Made by a program: the position numbers and the translations under genes. From Eledone cirrhosa (lineage: Eukaryota): a DNA stretch of 64,000 bases. The notes beneath the pieces are model-generated. The model had not been told where the DNA came from, made no database searches, and saw only the letters and a list, made by a program, of their open reading frames with translations. Positions 25,588-39,205 of this stretch are shown in pieces (position 1 is the first letter of the stretch; each line of letters starts with the position of its first letter). The stretch is from NCBI GenBank assembly GCA_964016885.1, contig OZ024741.1, forward strand, positions 67,394,001-67,458,000, written 5' to 3'.

Positions 25588-27464
25588 ATGGCTGAAGCAA
25601 AGGCACCTACTTCTTTGTCAATACAAGAAGATGGGAAGGGACAGACATGCCTACTTGACCAGCAGATAGTAGCAGACAGGGACAAAGGAATGCCAACATA
25701 TCCGCCTCAACATTTAGAAGCGGAACAAGCTTCAGTTGCTTGTAAGCAACTGAACATGCCTGACGTCACAAACGTCACATGTATCCACACACAGAAGGAA
25801 GAATGTGTAGCAAATACTAACACCACCACAAGCAACAATAAAAACACAATAAATGAGAACAACAACAACACAACAAAAGGAATCAGCGGCAACACAACGA
25901 ATGAGAGCATCATCACCACCACCAACAACAATAACAAAATTTCATTTGCAGCGCCCCCTCCCCCCCCCCCCTGTTGCTAAGCAACACGATTTTAAATATT
26001 ATCCCATGGACATTTATCAAAAGTCCCAATATTTGGAAGAAGCTCCAACTATGTGACGTTTGAGGGAGACACCCCACACATACACATACCCCCACAAGTA
26101 AGAGAGATGACACAGAAAAGGAAACTAATCTATAGAACAGTTGACATCATTACCAAAAAACCCATAACGCTCCCAACAAGCACTATTGAAGCTGCACTAA
26201 AAGATATCAAGCCAGACGTGGCATACCTCCAAAGAGCTAAACAGTATGGAAGTGTGTCAGTGCTCTTTAAGGGCGAAACTCTGGTACAAAAACTCTCGGT
26301 TTATCCAATAAAAACGGATCAACACATCTTCTTCCCCCACATACATGGGAAGAAGATCCTACAAAATAAAAATAACCAGGATTCCAGCAGAGGTCAACAC
26401 ATGGTGGATTCTACGCTGCACCCTGAAGTAGAATGCGACACCCTCCTATCTGTAGACAGAACAGACCGGAATAACTGGTTTGGAACCTGCATCGAGGTTC
26501 TGGTACAAATGAGGCCAGAGAGAGTTGAGAAAATGAGAAAATACCGGACAGGATTGTCCTTGAGGAAGATGTCATCACCATTTTAGTGGAGGGGAAAACA
26601 CCTCAGTGCCATAAGTGTGGGGGAAACCACACACTTAAAGGCCTTTTGCAAACTGAGGACAAACAGGGTGTTATTACCAACCCCAAAACACCAACAGCAA
26701 CACCCCAAACCAAACACAACACAAAAACCTGCAACATCCACTCCCACACCACCACAAACCAGAGACAACCACACACACAAAATCCCACTGAAAAACCCTC
26801 CATTACCTCCTCCCTCCCTGTCAAATACTTCCACAAACACATGCAAAAACACTCCACCACACAACATACCCCTCTCATCTACCCCTGATTCAGAAGTCTC
26901 AGACACGGGAACCTCTACATCTCCAAGTGAGAATGAAGAGGAACCCCAAAAATAAAAAAAAGCAAAAAATAGACAAAAAAGAGACAAAAACATCTACAGA
27001 AAACACGCACGCACCCAACCACCACAAACTACAAACACACCAACAACACAATCACCACCAACACAACCAAACACTTCACCAACAAAATACCCACCCCACC
27101 ACAATCACAAACCCCAACCACAAAAATAAAACTACAAACAGAAACAGTATACATAAAAAACAAAACACATTACACATACATAAAAACAAGAAACAAAGAA
27201 CTGGTGGAAACTGTCCAAAAGGACCCCACAATACAAAGGGAAAGGAAAACCTTCCCCACCAGCGACCCACCCCAAACCTAAAACTTGTCAGGGTAACAAC
27301 CCTACAGTATGAAACTTTAAAAGAGAACTTCCCACATGATGTGAGCCCCCTTTTGCCAAAAGCCCCTTAACCGTGTCCTGCCAAAAGGATTTCCTCCCTC
27401 CCCAAACACCACCAATCTGGACATGGAGATCGAACAACCCGACCTCCAGGAAACGAAAAGCTAA
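25588..27464 (+). pseudogene. Tx1 ORF1 copy 2, disrupted
   Basis: MAEA start; VEGKTPQCHKCG..HLKAFC knuckle across a frameshift. Confidence 0.75.
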
Positions 27465-27504
27465 GTGTTCCTGCCTTTTCTCTCCTTAACTCTTCTTCAC
27501 CAAC

Positions 27505-30500
27505 ATGGTGACTATACGAGCTGGATATTTGAATGTACATGGCCTGGGCATGTCCTGGAAACAGGGCCAGCTTTTAAATGATCTCAGGTCACATTGTATA
27601 GATGTGATAGCCATCACCGAGTCCAGGATTCATGACAAGCAGCAGCTAACCCCCATGTTTGATGATTTTGAGATCTACGCATCTTTCTGTCAGCCAGGAG
27701 GTGGAGGGGGCGTTGCTGTTCTGTTTAAAAAAACTTGGATCTCAAAATACAGACGATTCACCTGGACCCCTAGGGCAGCCTGGTGGTCCTGGACGTGAAT
27801 GGTAGTGAAGGTGGAGCTTTCAGACTGGTGTCCATATATGCCCCGACTGGGACATTGCGACCAGAGTTCTTCAAGCGTCCGGAGCCATTCCTGGGAATGT
27901 CTCGCCCCTTAGTGTTAGCGGGGGGACTGGAATGGCATCTTAGACGCACGTTGGGAAAATGTAGGAGCTTGTGATAATAGAGGGGGGTGTAATAGCCTCA
28001 AAAATCTCATCAGCCAATTCCAACTGGCTGATAGATATCGACTAGACTTCCCAAGTGTACCACTGTGAACGTGGAGCAACTGCACTGGGTCTTCTAGATC
28101 GTATTTAGATAGATTTTTAATTAGACAGAATGATAAGGAAACATTAAGCTGTCCACAAATGCACATGGTTGCCTATTCAGACCACAAATTAGTCACCTGC
28201 GTAGTCAACCTTGATAGAACACATAGACAGGGTCCCGGATGCTGGAAGCTAAACATGTCGCTCCCGGCGCGTAAGTCCTACAGTAAACGGATTAGCGCCT
28301 TAGTTAAGTGCCAGTTGACGGGGGAGATCGTCAACAACAGGTGGTGGAGCTCTCTCAAGAGAGTAATTAGAATAGATTCGATAGCATTTAACAAGGAAGT
28401 AGCTTTAGAAAAAAAAACTTAAAAGGGACTGGTAGCTAAAATAGAAGAGGCACTTAGGAATGGCAGTACGGCTGACATGCCAGCGGCGAGAACGGCACTA
28501 GACCAGTTCTTCAACGTGAAAAACGAAGGTTGTATTTTCAAAAATAGAACACGTGCTCTAAGAAACGAGGGAGCCAAAGCTGTTAGCTGGGCCCGAGTGG
28601 CAGAGGCGAAAAGTGGCAACAAATCTACAATTCGGTCTTTGCAAGACAAAGATGGACGCATTATACTTGAATCCAAGCAGATGTGAACGGCCTTCCAGCA
28701 GCATTTTGCACAACTGTTCGGGCAAAGTGTTACATCGAGCGAGGTGATGGACTTCAGCTCCTACCTCGACGGCGTACCACGACTCTCGAGCACGGATGCA
28801 GAGAGCTGCGAAAGGCCGATCACAGCGGGCGAAATAGAAGATGCCCTAGGCCGCTGCGGGAAACGCAAATCACCCGGTTTAGATGGTCTACCCTATGAGT
28901 TTTACATAGGCATGTCAGACTTGTTCTCTGGCATCCTCGAAGCGGTCTACTGCAACTGGCAGCAGAACGGGAGGATTCCCAGTTCTGTAGGCAGAGGCGT
29001 AGTAACGCTGATCAGGAAAGATGAGAACAAGGGGGATGAGATAAGCAATTTCAGACCCATAACTCTGCTCAACACAGAGTTAAAGATTTTGGCCAAGGTG
29101 TTAGCAGCGAGGCTGGCGCTTGTCGTCGAGAACCTGGTAGGGGAAGCGCAAACGTGTGCAATCCCGACCAGGTCCATACACGACAACCTCCACCTCATGC
29201 GATGCATCATAGAGAGGGTAGGGTGTAAACTCGGCTTCGGTCGGGCTCTGATCAATTTAGATCAGTCTAAAGCATTTGATAGGGTCGACCATCAATACTT
29301 GGAAGCAGTTCTCAAGGCGACCGGCTTCGGTCCCGTCTTCAGAGGCTGGATCGCTGCCATGCACACCAGCATCTGCTCGGCAATCAAGGTGAATGGCTAC
29401 CTATCAGAGCCATTCCAAATCATGAGTTCCAACCGTCAGGGATTCCCTCTCTCCTCCATTCTGTATGTACTGACTCTCGAGACGTTACTGTTGCAGGGCA
29501 TCCCGATCGAACGAGGACTGCGGAAAGCAGCTTCGGCCTATGCCAATAACATAACCGTAATGGAGTCGACACCCTCGGAAATCGGGGTAATCGGAAACCT
29601 ATTACAGGAATACGAAACGTTGACACGAGCAAGACTAAACCCAAACAAGTCTGTCGGTTGCAACTCGGCACATGGAGAGGCAAACCCATGCCTTCCGACA
29701 GTGTCGTTGGACGCTGGACGGAAGGACCGGTGTAATTGCTCGGGGTCTGGTTTGGTTCAGACCTCCATGTGGACAAGAACTGGAACAAGGTCAGGGCGAA
29801 TGTGTTTGCACTCAGCCAGAAGTGGACTGAGTGCAAACTCTCCTTGAAAGGTTGAGCGGAGGTGGCGAACACTTACATAGCGTCCGTAATCTACTACCGC
29901 TTGACAGTCGTGCCTTGCCTTCGCGAATACCTTACCAAAATGGAACGCCTACACTTCAAGTTCCTCTGGAAGAAACAGGCTCCATTGGTGAGGAGGTCCA
30001 TCTGCTGTCAACACCCTTCTAACGGAGGGCTGGGCATGCCATGGCTGATGATGCGCAAACACGCGTTGAGGCTACGCCATCTCCAGGTATTCCTGACCGG
30101 TGTACAGGTGTGGCTGTCGTTTGTGAGACAAGCTCTTCCACAACTCATCTCACTAACAGAGCTGCAGTCCTGGCTCAAGCGAAGACCGAAAATGGGTGCC
30201 TGGCACCTCGAGTGCATACAGGCGCTCACAGCCCTCTACCAAGCGGAAACGGCAATCAGCGGAGACTCCACTTCGACATTCTATAGGGGATTAGTGGAGG
30301 ATAAGTGCGACGACGTTCTCGGGGAAACTATAGGCATCGAGGAGGACGAACTGACCAGTCTGTTCGGGAGCACTTTCCGTCCAGGGCCTATGGATAATTT
30401 GCAGAGGTCTCTGGCATGGCAGTGCTACCGAGGAGCTCTACCAGTTCGAGACAAAATATACAGGCACGGACGCCTTGGCAGAGATCCTGCCAAAAGGACC

Positions 30501-30900
30501 TGTCCAAGATGCGAGCAGGACATCGAAACCGTTCTGCACACAATTGTTCAGTGCCCAGGGATGACCGATATGTGGGATTATGTCGAACAGCACCTGTCAA
30601 GGGTGGGACGCATCCAGTTGTCAGCCGAGTCCACCGTGAGGATCACCCCACCGCCTTCATTTAAGAACGAAGGAGAGGCAGTTTTCCTATGTCTGGTGGC
30701 TATGGCGAAAGAGGTAATATGGTGGACGAGGTTAAAAGGACTGAGGGCAACAACTTATCCCCTTCTTTAAGTATTAGGTCAGAAGGAAGATGAAGTGGAG
30801 AAAGAGGTCCTACACCTCAGTAAATTCGCTGGAAGGTGGGTGAATGTGGCGAAAATGGCCCAAGTGAATGGGCCTTCTCTGTATATAAACCTGTACGTCG
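27505..30900 (+). pseudogene. Tx1 ORF2 copy 2 (APE + RT), disrupted
   Basis: LNVHGL, SDH, KSPGLDGLPYE, DQSKAFDRVDH, RQGFPLS; catalytic YADD reads YANN; several frameshifts. Confidence 0.9.
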
Positions 30901-31147
30901 AGGAAGATAAACAGGGGAAAGACAGGAACACCTACGAAACGTGTTCCTGGTGTTGAGGGTTGTTCTATCCACGAGGTGTAAAAAAAACCTGCAGTAACGT
31001 TCCCCCCTATTGGGGATTTCAATTGTTATTTTATTATATATAATTTATTGTTATTTATTAATGTTAAAGTTATTTTGATGTAAAACCCTCGCCGTCACGT
31101 CTTGTAATGTCCCACTTTTGTACGCCCCTGTGGCAAATAAAGAAAGA

Positions 31148-31200
<53 letters not shown>

Positions 31201-31354
31201 ATTTTCCTGTCTATCTATCTATCTATCTCTCTTTCTATCTACCTGTCTATCTCTCTCTCTCTCTTTCTATCTACCAATCTCTTTCTCTCTATCTCTCTCT
31301 CTATATATATATATATATACTTATATATAGAGAGTATATATATATATATATAAA

Positions 31355-32075
31355 TATATAAGTATATATATATATAAGTATGTATACGTACATACATATA
31401 TGTATACAGACGTACAGTAGTATGTATATATATATATACATACATGCACACATATATATATGTACGTATGGATTCACCGAACATTTATTATAATGATCGG
31501 TGTGTTTGTAAATAAACACCGAGCATTATAATAAATGTTTGGTGAATCTATACGTACATATATATATATGTGTGCATGTATGTATATATATATATACATA
31601 TTACTGTACGTCTGTATACATATATGTATGTACGTATATATACTTATATTTAAGTAACAGCCGTACTAAGAGTGAGAAATGAAATTTCGTTTAATTTTTT
31701 CCGTTTATCGTTTTCGGTACCCCAGTCGATTAACTCACTCGATATGCAAATTAGGCTGCTCAGCCGTTAATATGCATAAGGAAAGTATATACTTTCAGAC
31801 GTTCAACCATCTGGCAGGAAGGTATACGTTGCTGACGATAGCTAATAAGCTTGAAACTAGTACAGCGTTCCTTTGTCAGTGTTGAAGAAATGAGCAACGA
31901 TGGTTGCTAGACACTGTACGGCTTAATTCGAGATGGTTGTTTACAAACACACCGAGCATTATAATAAATGTTGGGTGAATCCATACGTACATATATATAT
32001 GTGTATACATACTTATATTTAAGTAACAGCCGTACTAAGAGTGAGAAATGAAATTTCGTTTCATTTTTTCAGTAT
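31355..32075 (+). mobile_element. Non-coding PLE-type element: inverted arm, partial tandem repeat and hammerhead
   Basis: Fold-back centred at about 31510; about 31513-31690 repeated at about 31945-32070; HHR at 31827-31867. Confidence 0.7.
31827..31867 (+). ncRNA. Minimal type I hammerhead
   Basis: CGTTG-CTGACGA-tAGCT aata AGCTt-GAAAC ta GTA-CAGCG; palindromic ACTAGT. Confidence 0.75.
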
Positions 32076-32369
32076 ATATACATATATATATATACTTATA
32101 TATATATTTATATATATATATATAAAAATATGGATGGCGAAGAAGTTGTGGTAAGGAACCAGATGGACCTTAACGCAGCAGAGTATTCAATACTTAGAGT
32201 AGTAGAGTGGGTAATAGGAAAAAGTATGACCCCGACGGCAGAGTTCAAGCCGTTTCTACAGCTATTTCTGGAGTCCAGAAATAGCCGTCGAAACGGCTTG
32301 AGCTCTGCCGTGAGGGTAATACTTTTTCCTATATAAATATGTATATATATATATACATAAATATATATC

Positions 32370-32622
32370 ACCTTGACCGACCAGTCCGTCGGGCGGCAAT
32401 CAGCGCCGCTGGTCACAGCACGTCGTGCTGTTTTAGCCATAAGATAACGCCATCCCACTGGCTGGGCGGGCAGGCCGGTACTCATTTCTACAGCTGAGTA
32501 AACTGGAGCAACGTGAAATAACGTGTCTTGCTCAAGGAAACAACACATCACCCGGTCCGAGAATTGAACTCACAACCTTTCGACTGCAAGCCCAATGCTC
32601 TAATCACTAAGCCATGCGCCTT

Positions 32623-32624
<2 letters not shown>
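32370..32624 (-). mobile_element. tRNA-derived SINE
   Basis: Minus strand GAAGGCGCATGGCTTAGTGATTAGAGC (A box)...GAGTTCAATTC (B box), then TTGAGCAAGACAC core. Confidence 0.8.
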
Positions 32625-32687
<63 letters not shown>

Positions 32688-32732
32688 GTACATATATATA
32701 TATATATATATAAATATGTATATATATATATA

Positions 32733-35700
32733 TATTGTTATACTTGGGGAGGGTCATATTTGCGTAATATTGCCAGAATTAATAACAGAACACACTCACT
32801 GTTTGGTTGGTTTTCGCTTCTCGCTGTCTTTTATATCTGCGATCTAACTTACTCGGTCCTCAATGTTGCCATTGACTGACCGACGGTCAAAAATAATAGA
32901 TACAGTATAGACACAAACACATATATATAGTTTACATAATTTACATAAATCTTTCGTTGCACATCTGCAACATCGTCAGTGGTGTTATTTTTTTTCCCTC
33001 CTGTTGTGTTGTATGTCTACGCCATTTTTTATTCAGTCTGTCTATATATTTATTTATTTATTTGCTTGTTTGTTTATTTTATTTTGTCTTCTTTGCGCAT
33101 GCGTTTGCGTGTGTGTATAGTGTTATGTGTGCTGTGTGACTAGTGTGTATAGTGTTGTGTCTGCTGGGTGACTAGTGTGTGTTTATGTGCTTGTTGTTAT
33201 TGTGCTTTTGTATGTATTTATTTATCTTATTTTATTTTATTTTATTTATTTACTTATTTATACTTCTCTTAGGTCAGTGTTGTTTGTTTGGGTGTTGTTG
33301 TTGTTCCACTCATTCTTTCTGTTTAGCTTTGGTCTTCTAATTTCTATTTCACTGGCCTCTCTGATTTGCCTATCTGCTGGGTCATTCCTATGTTTAGATA
33401 TTATTCAATTTTCTATGTTGTCTATGTTACCGTCATGTTGTTGTCTAGCATGTTCGTATAGTACTGACCCGTTTTTTCGTCCTTTTAGTTCCCCCCAGTG
33501 TTGGTCTATCCTTTCACCTATGCTACGAGCTGTCTCACCTATGTATATTGTTGTCATGTTTCTGCAAATAACCTCTGTACATCTTATGCTATAGACTACG
33601 TTTCTAGTTTTACAGTTTATCCGGGGGTTCACCTTACATATGATACATTTCCTATTGGTACAGTGGGTTTCTTAAAAGGGTAGGTTTTGCTGATCAGGTA
33701 TTTTATGGTGGTTCCTGGCTTTTCTACCACCTTTATTTTTAAGTGGGTCTTTCTCAGGGCCTTTCTACACTGGTTAGCTAATTTCCCTCCAGGGGTGGCG
33801 TCCACAAACATGACACTCTGATATCTCTGGTTGTCGTACCATGATGTGGCCTTCCCTATCTTATGTCTAGCCCTATCTAAGCTATTCCATGATTTGCTCC
33901 TGTATAATGGGCAAATTCCTTTCATGTCCAGTTCTATGAGGGTATTATACTTTTCCATGGCTCCTTCGTATACTCTGACTCTGTCTTTTTGGTTGTAGCC
34001 AGAGAACTGCATGCGGTTGATGAAGTGTTGGATGTGTCTTTCCATTTCTGTTGGGTCGCACATGCTGGACACATTCTTCATCACTCGTACCAAATCTGCG
34101 ATCAGAATATTAAACTTAGCACTACTTGACATTGCTGAGTTTTTGAGTATCAGGTATTTGGAGGCCATGGGTTTAGCATAGTGTGAGTGGAGAATTTGGG
34201 CTCTCTCGTCTATAGTGTTAATCCAGAGTTCAGTGTCTAATACAGGTAGTCTATTGTTAGGGTGTTTGAAAGGGAAGTCGATAGTTACAGTTATACTCTG
34301 GTGTATGGAATTAGCTATCTGCTGGATACTTTCCATCGTGCTACGTTCTAAATCAAACTTGTTAGTGTTCTCTAGTGGTCTAGTGGGGGTGTTCTTATAA
34401 CTATACTGATATCGTCTACATAACGAGAGTACATGATGAGGTCTATGGAGCTTTCGTTAAGGAGATCTTTAAGTCTCCTTTCCCACCATACCATGAAAAG
34501 GTTGGCAACATCATCAGCTATGCTGACGCCGATGGCTGCTCCCTCATTTTGGGTGTAGATTTTCTCATTGAACTTAAATATGTGGCCCTTTAGGGTAGTT
34601 TTGATACTAGCCCCTATAGCATGTGCGACCATTTTTCTTACCTGATCAGTGGTTTGGGGGGTCCGTATAGCTTTGGTCCACCCAATCCACCTTCCTATGG
34701 GAGTCTTTTTAGCCATTGAGGTTATGGTGGGGGGTCTACCTCTTATAGGTCTACTAGGGCAGAAACATCTAAGGTCATGGCTGTCTAGGTAGTCAGTGTC
34801 GTAGGTAAGTCTAAGTAGGAGGCCCAATTCGTCTGTGTCGACGTCGCAGAACTCCACCTCACTCTCAATGATCATCTCCACACATCTTTTCACAGCAAAA
34901 TCAATGTTAATGGGTGGGTACAGGGACACCACATCCATGCTGCCTATTATGCAGTTGGATAGGATCCTGTTTCTGTTGCACTCACTGATTCTGCTGAGGA
35001 GGTCCTCTGTACTTTCACATACATCTGGCGACATCTTGATTATGGGGCGTATAACCATTGAGAGGAAGTAGGAGATCCTGTAGTTGCTAGCTATATTAGC
35101 TCCGCATACGGGTCTTGTTGGTGGTCCTGTTGTCGGGTCGTCGACTGTCTTGTGGTCTTTGAGGAGCCCATACAAGGGTGGTATGCCATTGTTAGACGCC
35201 TGGAAGTTGTTGGCAGTGCGTCTGCTTGGCTTTAGGATGTCAGTCCACATCATCATGTGAGCGTTGAGGATTTTTTCTCTCCCATCGTGTGTTTGTTGTG
35301 CAACTTCGCTCGTGTTGGTGATGTGGGGTTGCATAGCCTCGATGTAGTTCGGCATGCTATCTATTGACATCCTACCAGACTTATCTGTGGGTAGACACAC
35401 TACCCCACCATCCCTTGTGCGCTGCTTGAGGCTAACCAAGCCTTCTACAGGTTTTCTCCCAAGTTGTTGGGCCTCTGGTGTGCTCTGTCTCATGGTATAC
35501 CTGTCTACTACTTGTCTAATCTTATTTCTAGCTATGGTGAACTGTGCCTCCGTCTCGTCATCTATTTACTGTGGTATGCAAACTCTTTTATTAAAGGGTA
35601 ACCTCGTAGGATAGATATTACCCATCTTATATGTTTTGTCAGCTGGGTTGAAAAATAGTTTCTCTAAGGGGTTGTCGTTATATCTATCGTCATAGTTGTG

Positions 35701-36007
35701 TGTGTTGCTATTATTGTTATCATGGTGGTTGTTGTTGTTTCTATCATTAGCATTATTATTATTGTTATGATTGCTAGATGTATTGTTGTTTACTTCACCG
35801 TTATTGTTGTTGTTGTTACTGTTATTTCTACCATTGTGGTTGTTACTATTATTATGTTTCTTGTTTTTGTTGATGTTGCTACATGTACTATTTCCATTAT
35901 TACCACTGTTATTAATTCTGGCAATATTACGCAAATATGACCCTCCCCAAGTATAACAATATTTGTTTCGACACACGAATTCATATAAAAAACCTCGCTA
36001 AACTAAT
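32733..36007 (-). mobile_element. Penelope-like retroelement (RT + GIY-YIG) with inverted termini
   Basis: 32733-32788 is inverted at 35905-35960. HHR-like CTGACGA-t-GTTGCA..TGCAAC-GAAA on minus strand at about 32945-32982. (TA)n flanks. Confidence 0.92.
33285..35690 (-). pseudogene. PLE polyprotein: reverse transcriptase + GIY-YIG, frameshifted and 5'-truncated
   Basis: PTDKSG, YGLLKDHK, TRPV, GSMDVVSLYP, QNEGAAIG, YSRYVDD, LPVLD, NVVY...YIGETARS. Confidence 0.9.
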
Positions 36008-36039
36008 ATATATATATATATATAAATAAATAAATATAT

Positions 36040-36070
<31 letters not shown>

Positions 36071-36864
36071 GTGTGTGTGTGTATGTGTGTGTGTGTGGGC
36101 GCCTGTGTGTGTGTACGTGTGTGTGTGTAATTGTATGTAAGCAATAGTAAATAATCAATATAGAAATGGAAACCAATATCTATATCAAAAGGATAGATTT
36201 CAAAATTGATAGGTCGAGGAAAGTATTGAAACAGGCCATAGTTAATGGATGTTGTATTAAATCGATATTGTCTTCATAAGGTGCAGGGTGGGTGTAACCA
36301 AATAATGAAAATGACAAAAAAATGAACTGATGTATGGCAAGAAATGTGGGATAGCTGATTTGGTTTGTGAAAAACCGTGTTCATGTTTTGTATATTTGCA
36401 AGCCTATATTTGATCGAGATCTTCATGATATGGGTCGGCCTCCCTACGATTTCTGAATTCTATACACATACTACAGATTTTATACAATGTCTTATTTCGT
36501 ATCTTTTATTTTTATTAACTGTTATAATGATCAATGTTGAACACTATCAAAATATTCTTATTGATTTATATTTTGACACTGATTATATATTGTTCATGAT
36601 CGATCAGTGACATATATATATAACCATATATACGTCTCTTAATATATTCCTATTATTTCTCTTTGTGTATTTTATTCCATTTTGGGGGCCATTTTTCGAG
36701 TATTGAACAATGTCTCGTAGATTTTGTTTTGGCTCTTTACGTTCTCAGTTAAAATCCTGTCCTGGTCAACTTGTTTTAAATCGTTTTAGATTCGATAACA
36801 TAAACTGCCAGTAAAATAGAGAGATCGAACAAGCGACTTTAACTATTGCACATTTCCATTCCTT

Positions 36865-36968
<104 letters not shown>

Positions 36969-37257
36969 AACTCACAATAATATAATGTTGATATAAACGA
37001 TGATATGGTCATGCGTACAGATGCCATAAAATAGCTTATAAAATAGGCTGGAGACCCTTGAAAGACTGTAAAAGATGTTGCCATCGGCCTCATTTATAAG
37101 CTATTTTATAGTAACTTTATTTATGAGCACATCATTACTTATATTAACTTCATATTCCCAACGTTTAAATGGTCAAGAAGTCAACTACGTATCTTCTGTG
37201 TGTGTCTGTGTTATTATACGAAATGTGTGTGTGTGTGTATATGTAAGTAAAAGAGTG

Positions 37258-37290
<33 letters not shown>

Positions 37291-37294
<4 letters not shown>

Positions 37295-37880
37295 AAGTTA
37301 ATTTTTAATTTTTAAAATTTTCTTATTTTACGTCTTTCATATAATTGTTCTGCATCCTCCTGCATTGAACCACCTAGGTACTATGACATAACTTATGTAT
37401 TTGCTAGCATTAGTGTACATATGTACGCATATGTTGGTAAATACACTAATTCTCTATATTTATCTCCAAATTATGTATTTGTTGAGCAAACTTGCCAAAT
37501 CCACTACTAATTCATTGTAGTGGTAGTAGGCTTTTGTCATTATACCATCCCACTCCTTCTGACTAGCCTCAGTGTCACGTGATTGATTCTTTAGAATCTG
37601 CCATTTGACTAGAGACAGTGAACTTTTTCAGTTCTATGGAATTCAGTCCCCGCTAGCTGTTCCATCCACCGAATTATTATTTTTATATGAGTCCCTAGTG
37701 TCCGCGCATTGCCTGGAGACTTAGCTGAGAATTGACTCCCTGATGACGTAATGAATTCTCGATGGTTACATTGCGTAACTATCTTTATCCCATTACAGAA
37801 ACTAATTAGTTGGAGTGAAAATTTAGTAAGTAAGTTAATTTTTAATTTTTAAAATTTTCTTATTTTACGTCTTTCATATA
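37291..37880 (+). mobile_element. Non-coding HHR-bearing unit with terminal direct repeat (537-nt period)
   Basis: aagtaagttaatttttaatttttaaaattttcttattttacgtctttcatata at 37291 and 37828; HHR 37735-37816; relative at 52925-53905. Confidence 0.75.
37735..37816 (+). ncRNA. Type I hammerhead with extended stem II
   Basis: ACTCC-CTGATGA-cGTAATG...CATTACa-GAAAC taatta GTT-GGAGT; covaries with 53649-53728. Confidence 0.75.
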
Positions 37881-38369
37881 TATATATATATATATAACAA
37901 TTATTATAATAATGATAATGTGTGGGAGTTTGCTTGAAGTATTGACTAATATGAAACTGAAAAGTTCGTTTGTTTGTTTCCAAAGCCGGGCAATGCAAGT
38001 GGGTTAGATTGCCAAGGTAATAATTCAGAATGGAACTGAGAGAGAAAGAGATCTTGGGAAAGGGAAAAGAAAAAAAAAGAAGGAAGAATAACTAGAATCT
38101 CGTTACTGATATGGCAATAATTAGATTCTAATTCCTCGTCCTGTTTTGACGTCATTTTTAATTGTAGTAGTGTATTCCAGTAAGTGTGAAAGATCTCTAA
38201 GAGAGATAGAAAAGACGTAAGAAATAAAGTGGTGTAGATATAAAAATGTTACAAAGCAAAAAAAGTGAGGAAATTTGGCATATGATTAGAGAAATACACC
38301 AAATTTGCATTTGAGAAACTAAGGAGTGGCAACTGTTGCCGGCATTATATTTATCAGACTGGATTGGTT

Positions 38370-38562
38370 TAAGGACAGTGGATTGGCAGTATCGGTAGAG
38401 AGTCGGACGCCATGCTTTGCAGCATAGAGTTACGCCCCTTTATGATCTGAGTTCAAATCCCGCCGAGGTTAACTTTGCCTTTCATCCTTACGGGGTCGAT
38501 AAAATAAAGTACCAGTAATACACTGAGATAATTGCTGGCCTTGTGCCAAAAGTAGAAACAAT
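38370..38562 (+). mobile_element. tRNA-derived SINE, second family
   Basis: tggcagtatcgg (A box), gagttcaaatcc (B box), then ttgcctttcatccttacggggtcgataaaataaagtacc. Relatives at about 17300-17380, 41760-41890, 42074-42260, 55245-55425, 55600-55740, 58455-58562 and 59120-59285. Confidence 0.8.
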
Positions 38563-38580
38563 TATATTTATCAGACTCTT

Positions 38581-38775
<195 letters not shown>

Positions 38776-38902
38776 AATTATATTGTATTGTTTATCACAA
38801 AACTAAATCTATGTATAACGTACTATACATAGAGCTCTCTTCCTTCCTTTACCTTTTGTACGGAAATACTTAACATATATATATACACACATATATAAAT
38901 GC

Positions 38903-38943
<41 letters not shown>

Positions 38944-38950
38944 GATATAT

Positions 38951-39089
<139 letters not shown>

Positions 39090-39116
39090 TATATATATAT
39101 ATATATATAGATATAT

Positions 39117-39201
<85 letters not shown>

Positions 39202-39205
<4 letters not shown>

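Larger units (their letters stand above)
25378..31146 (+). mobile_element. Tx1/L1-clade non-LTR retrotransposon, full-length degenerate copy 2 (different subfamily)
   Basis: Homologous 5' UTR (gggatggacacgtg), ORF1 and ORF2; 3' end gcccctgtggcaaataaagaaa followed by (TATC)n. Confidence 0.92.

Noticed and set aside
32560-32624. tRNA gene
   Set aside because: A and B boxes are present, but the sequence continues into a SINE core shared with other copies and has no full cloverleaf.
32733-35960. DNA transposon with 56-bp TIRs
   Set aside because: The interior encodes PLE RT and GIY-YIG with no transposase; the inverted end is a pLTR fragment.
35566-35976. Asn-rich 136-aa ORF as an independent gene
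   Set aside because: It is a low-complexity AAC/AAT segment of the PLE fused to the inverted terminus.
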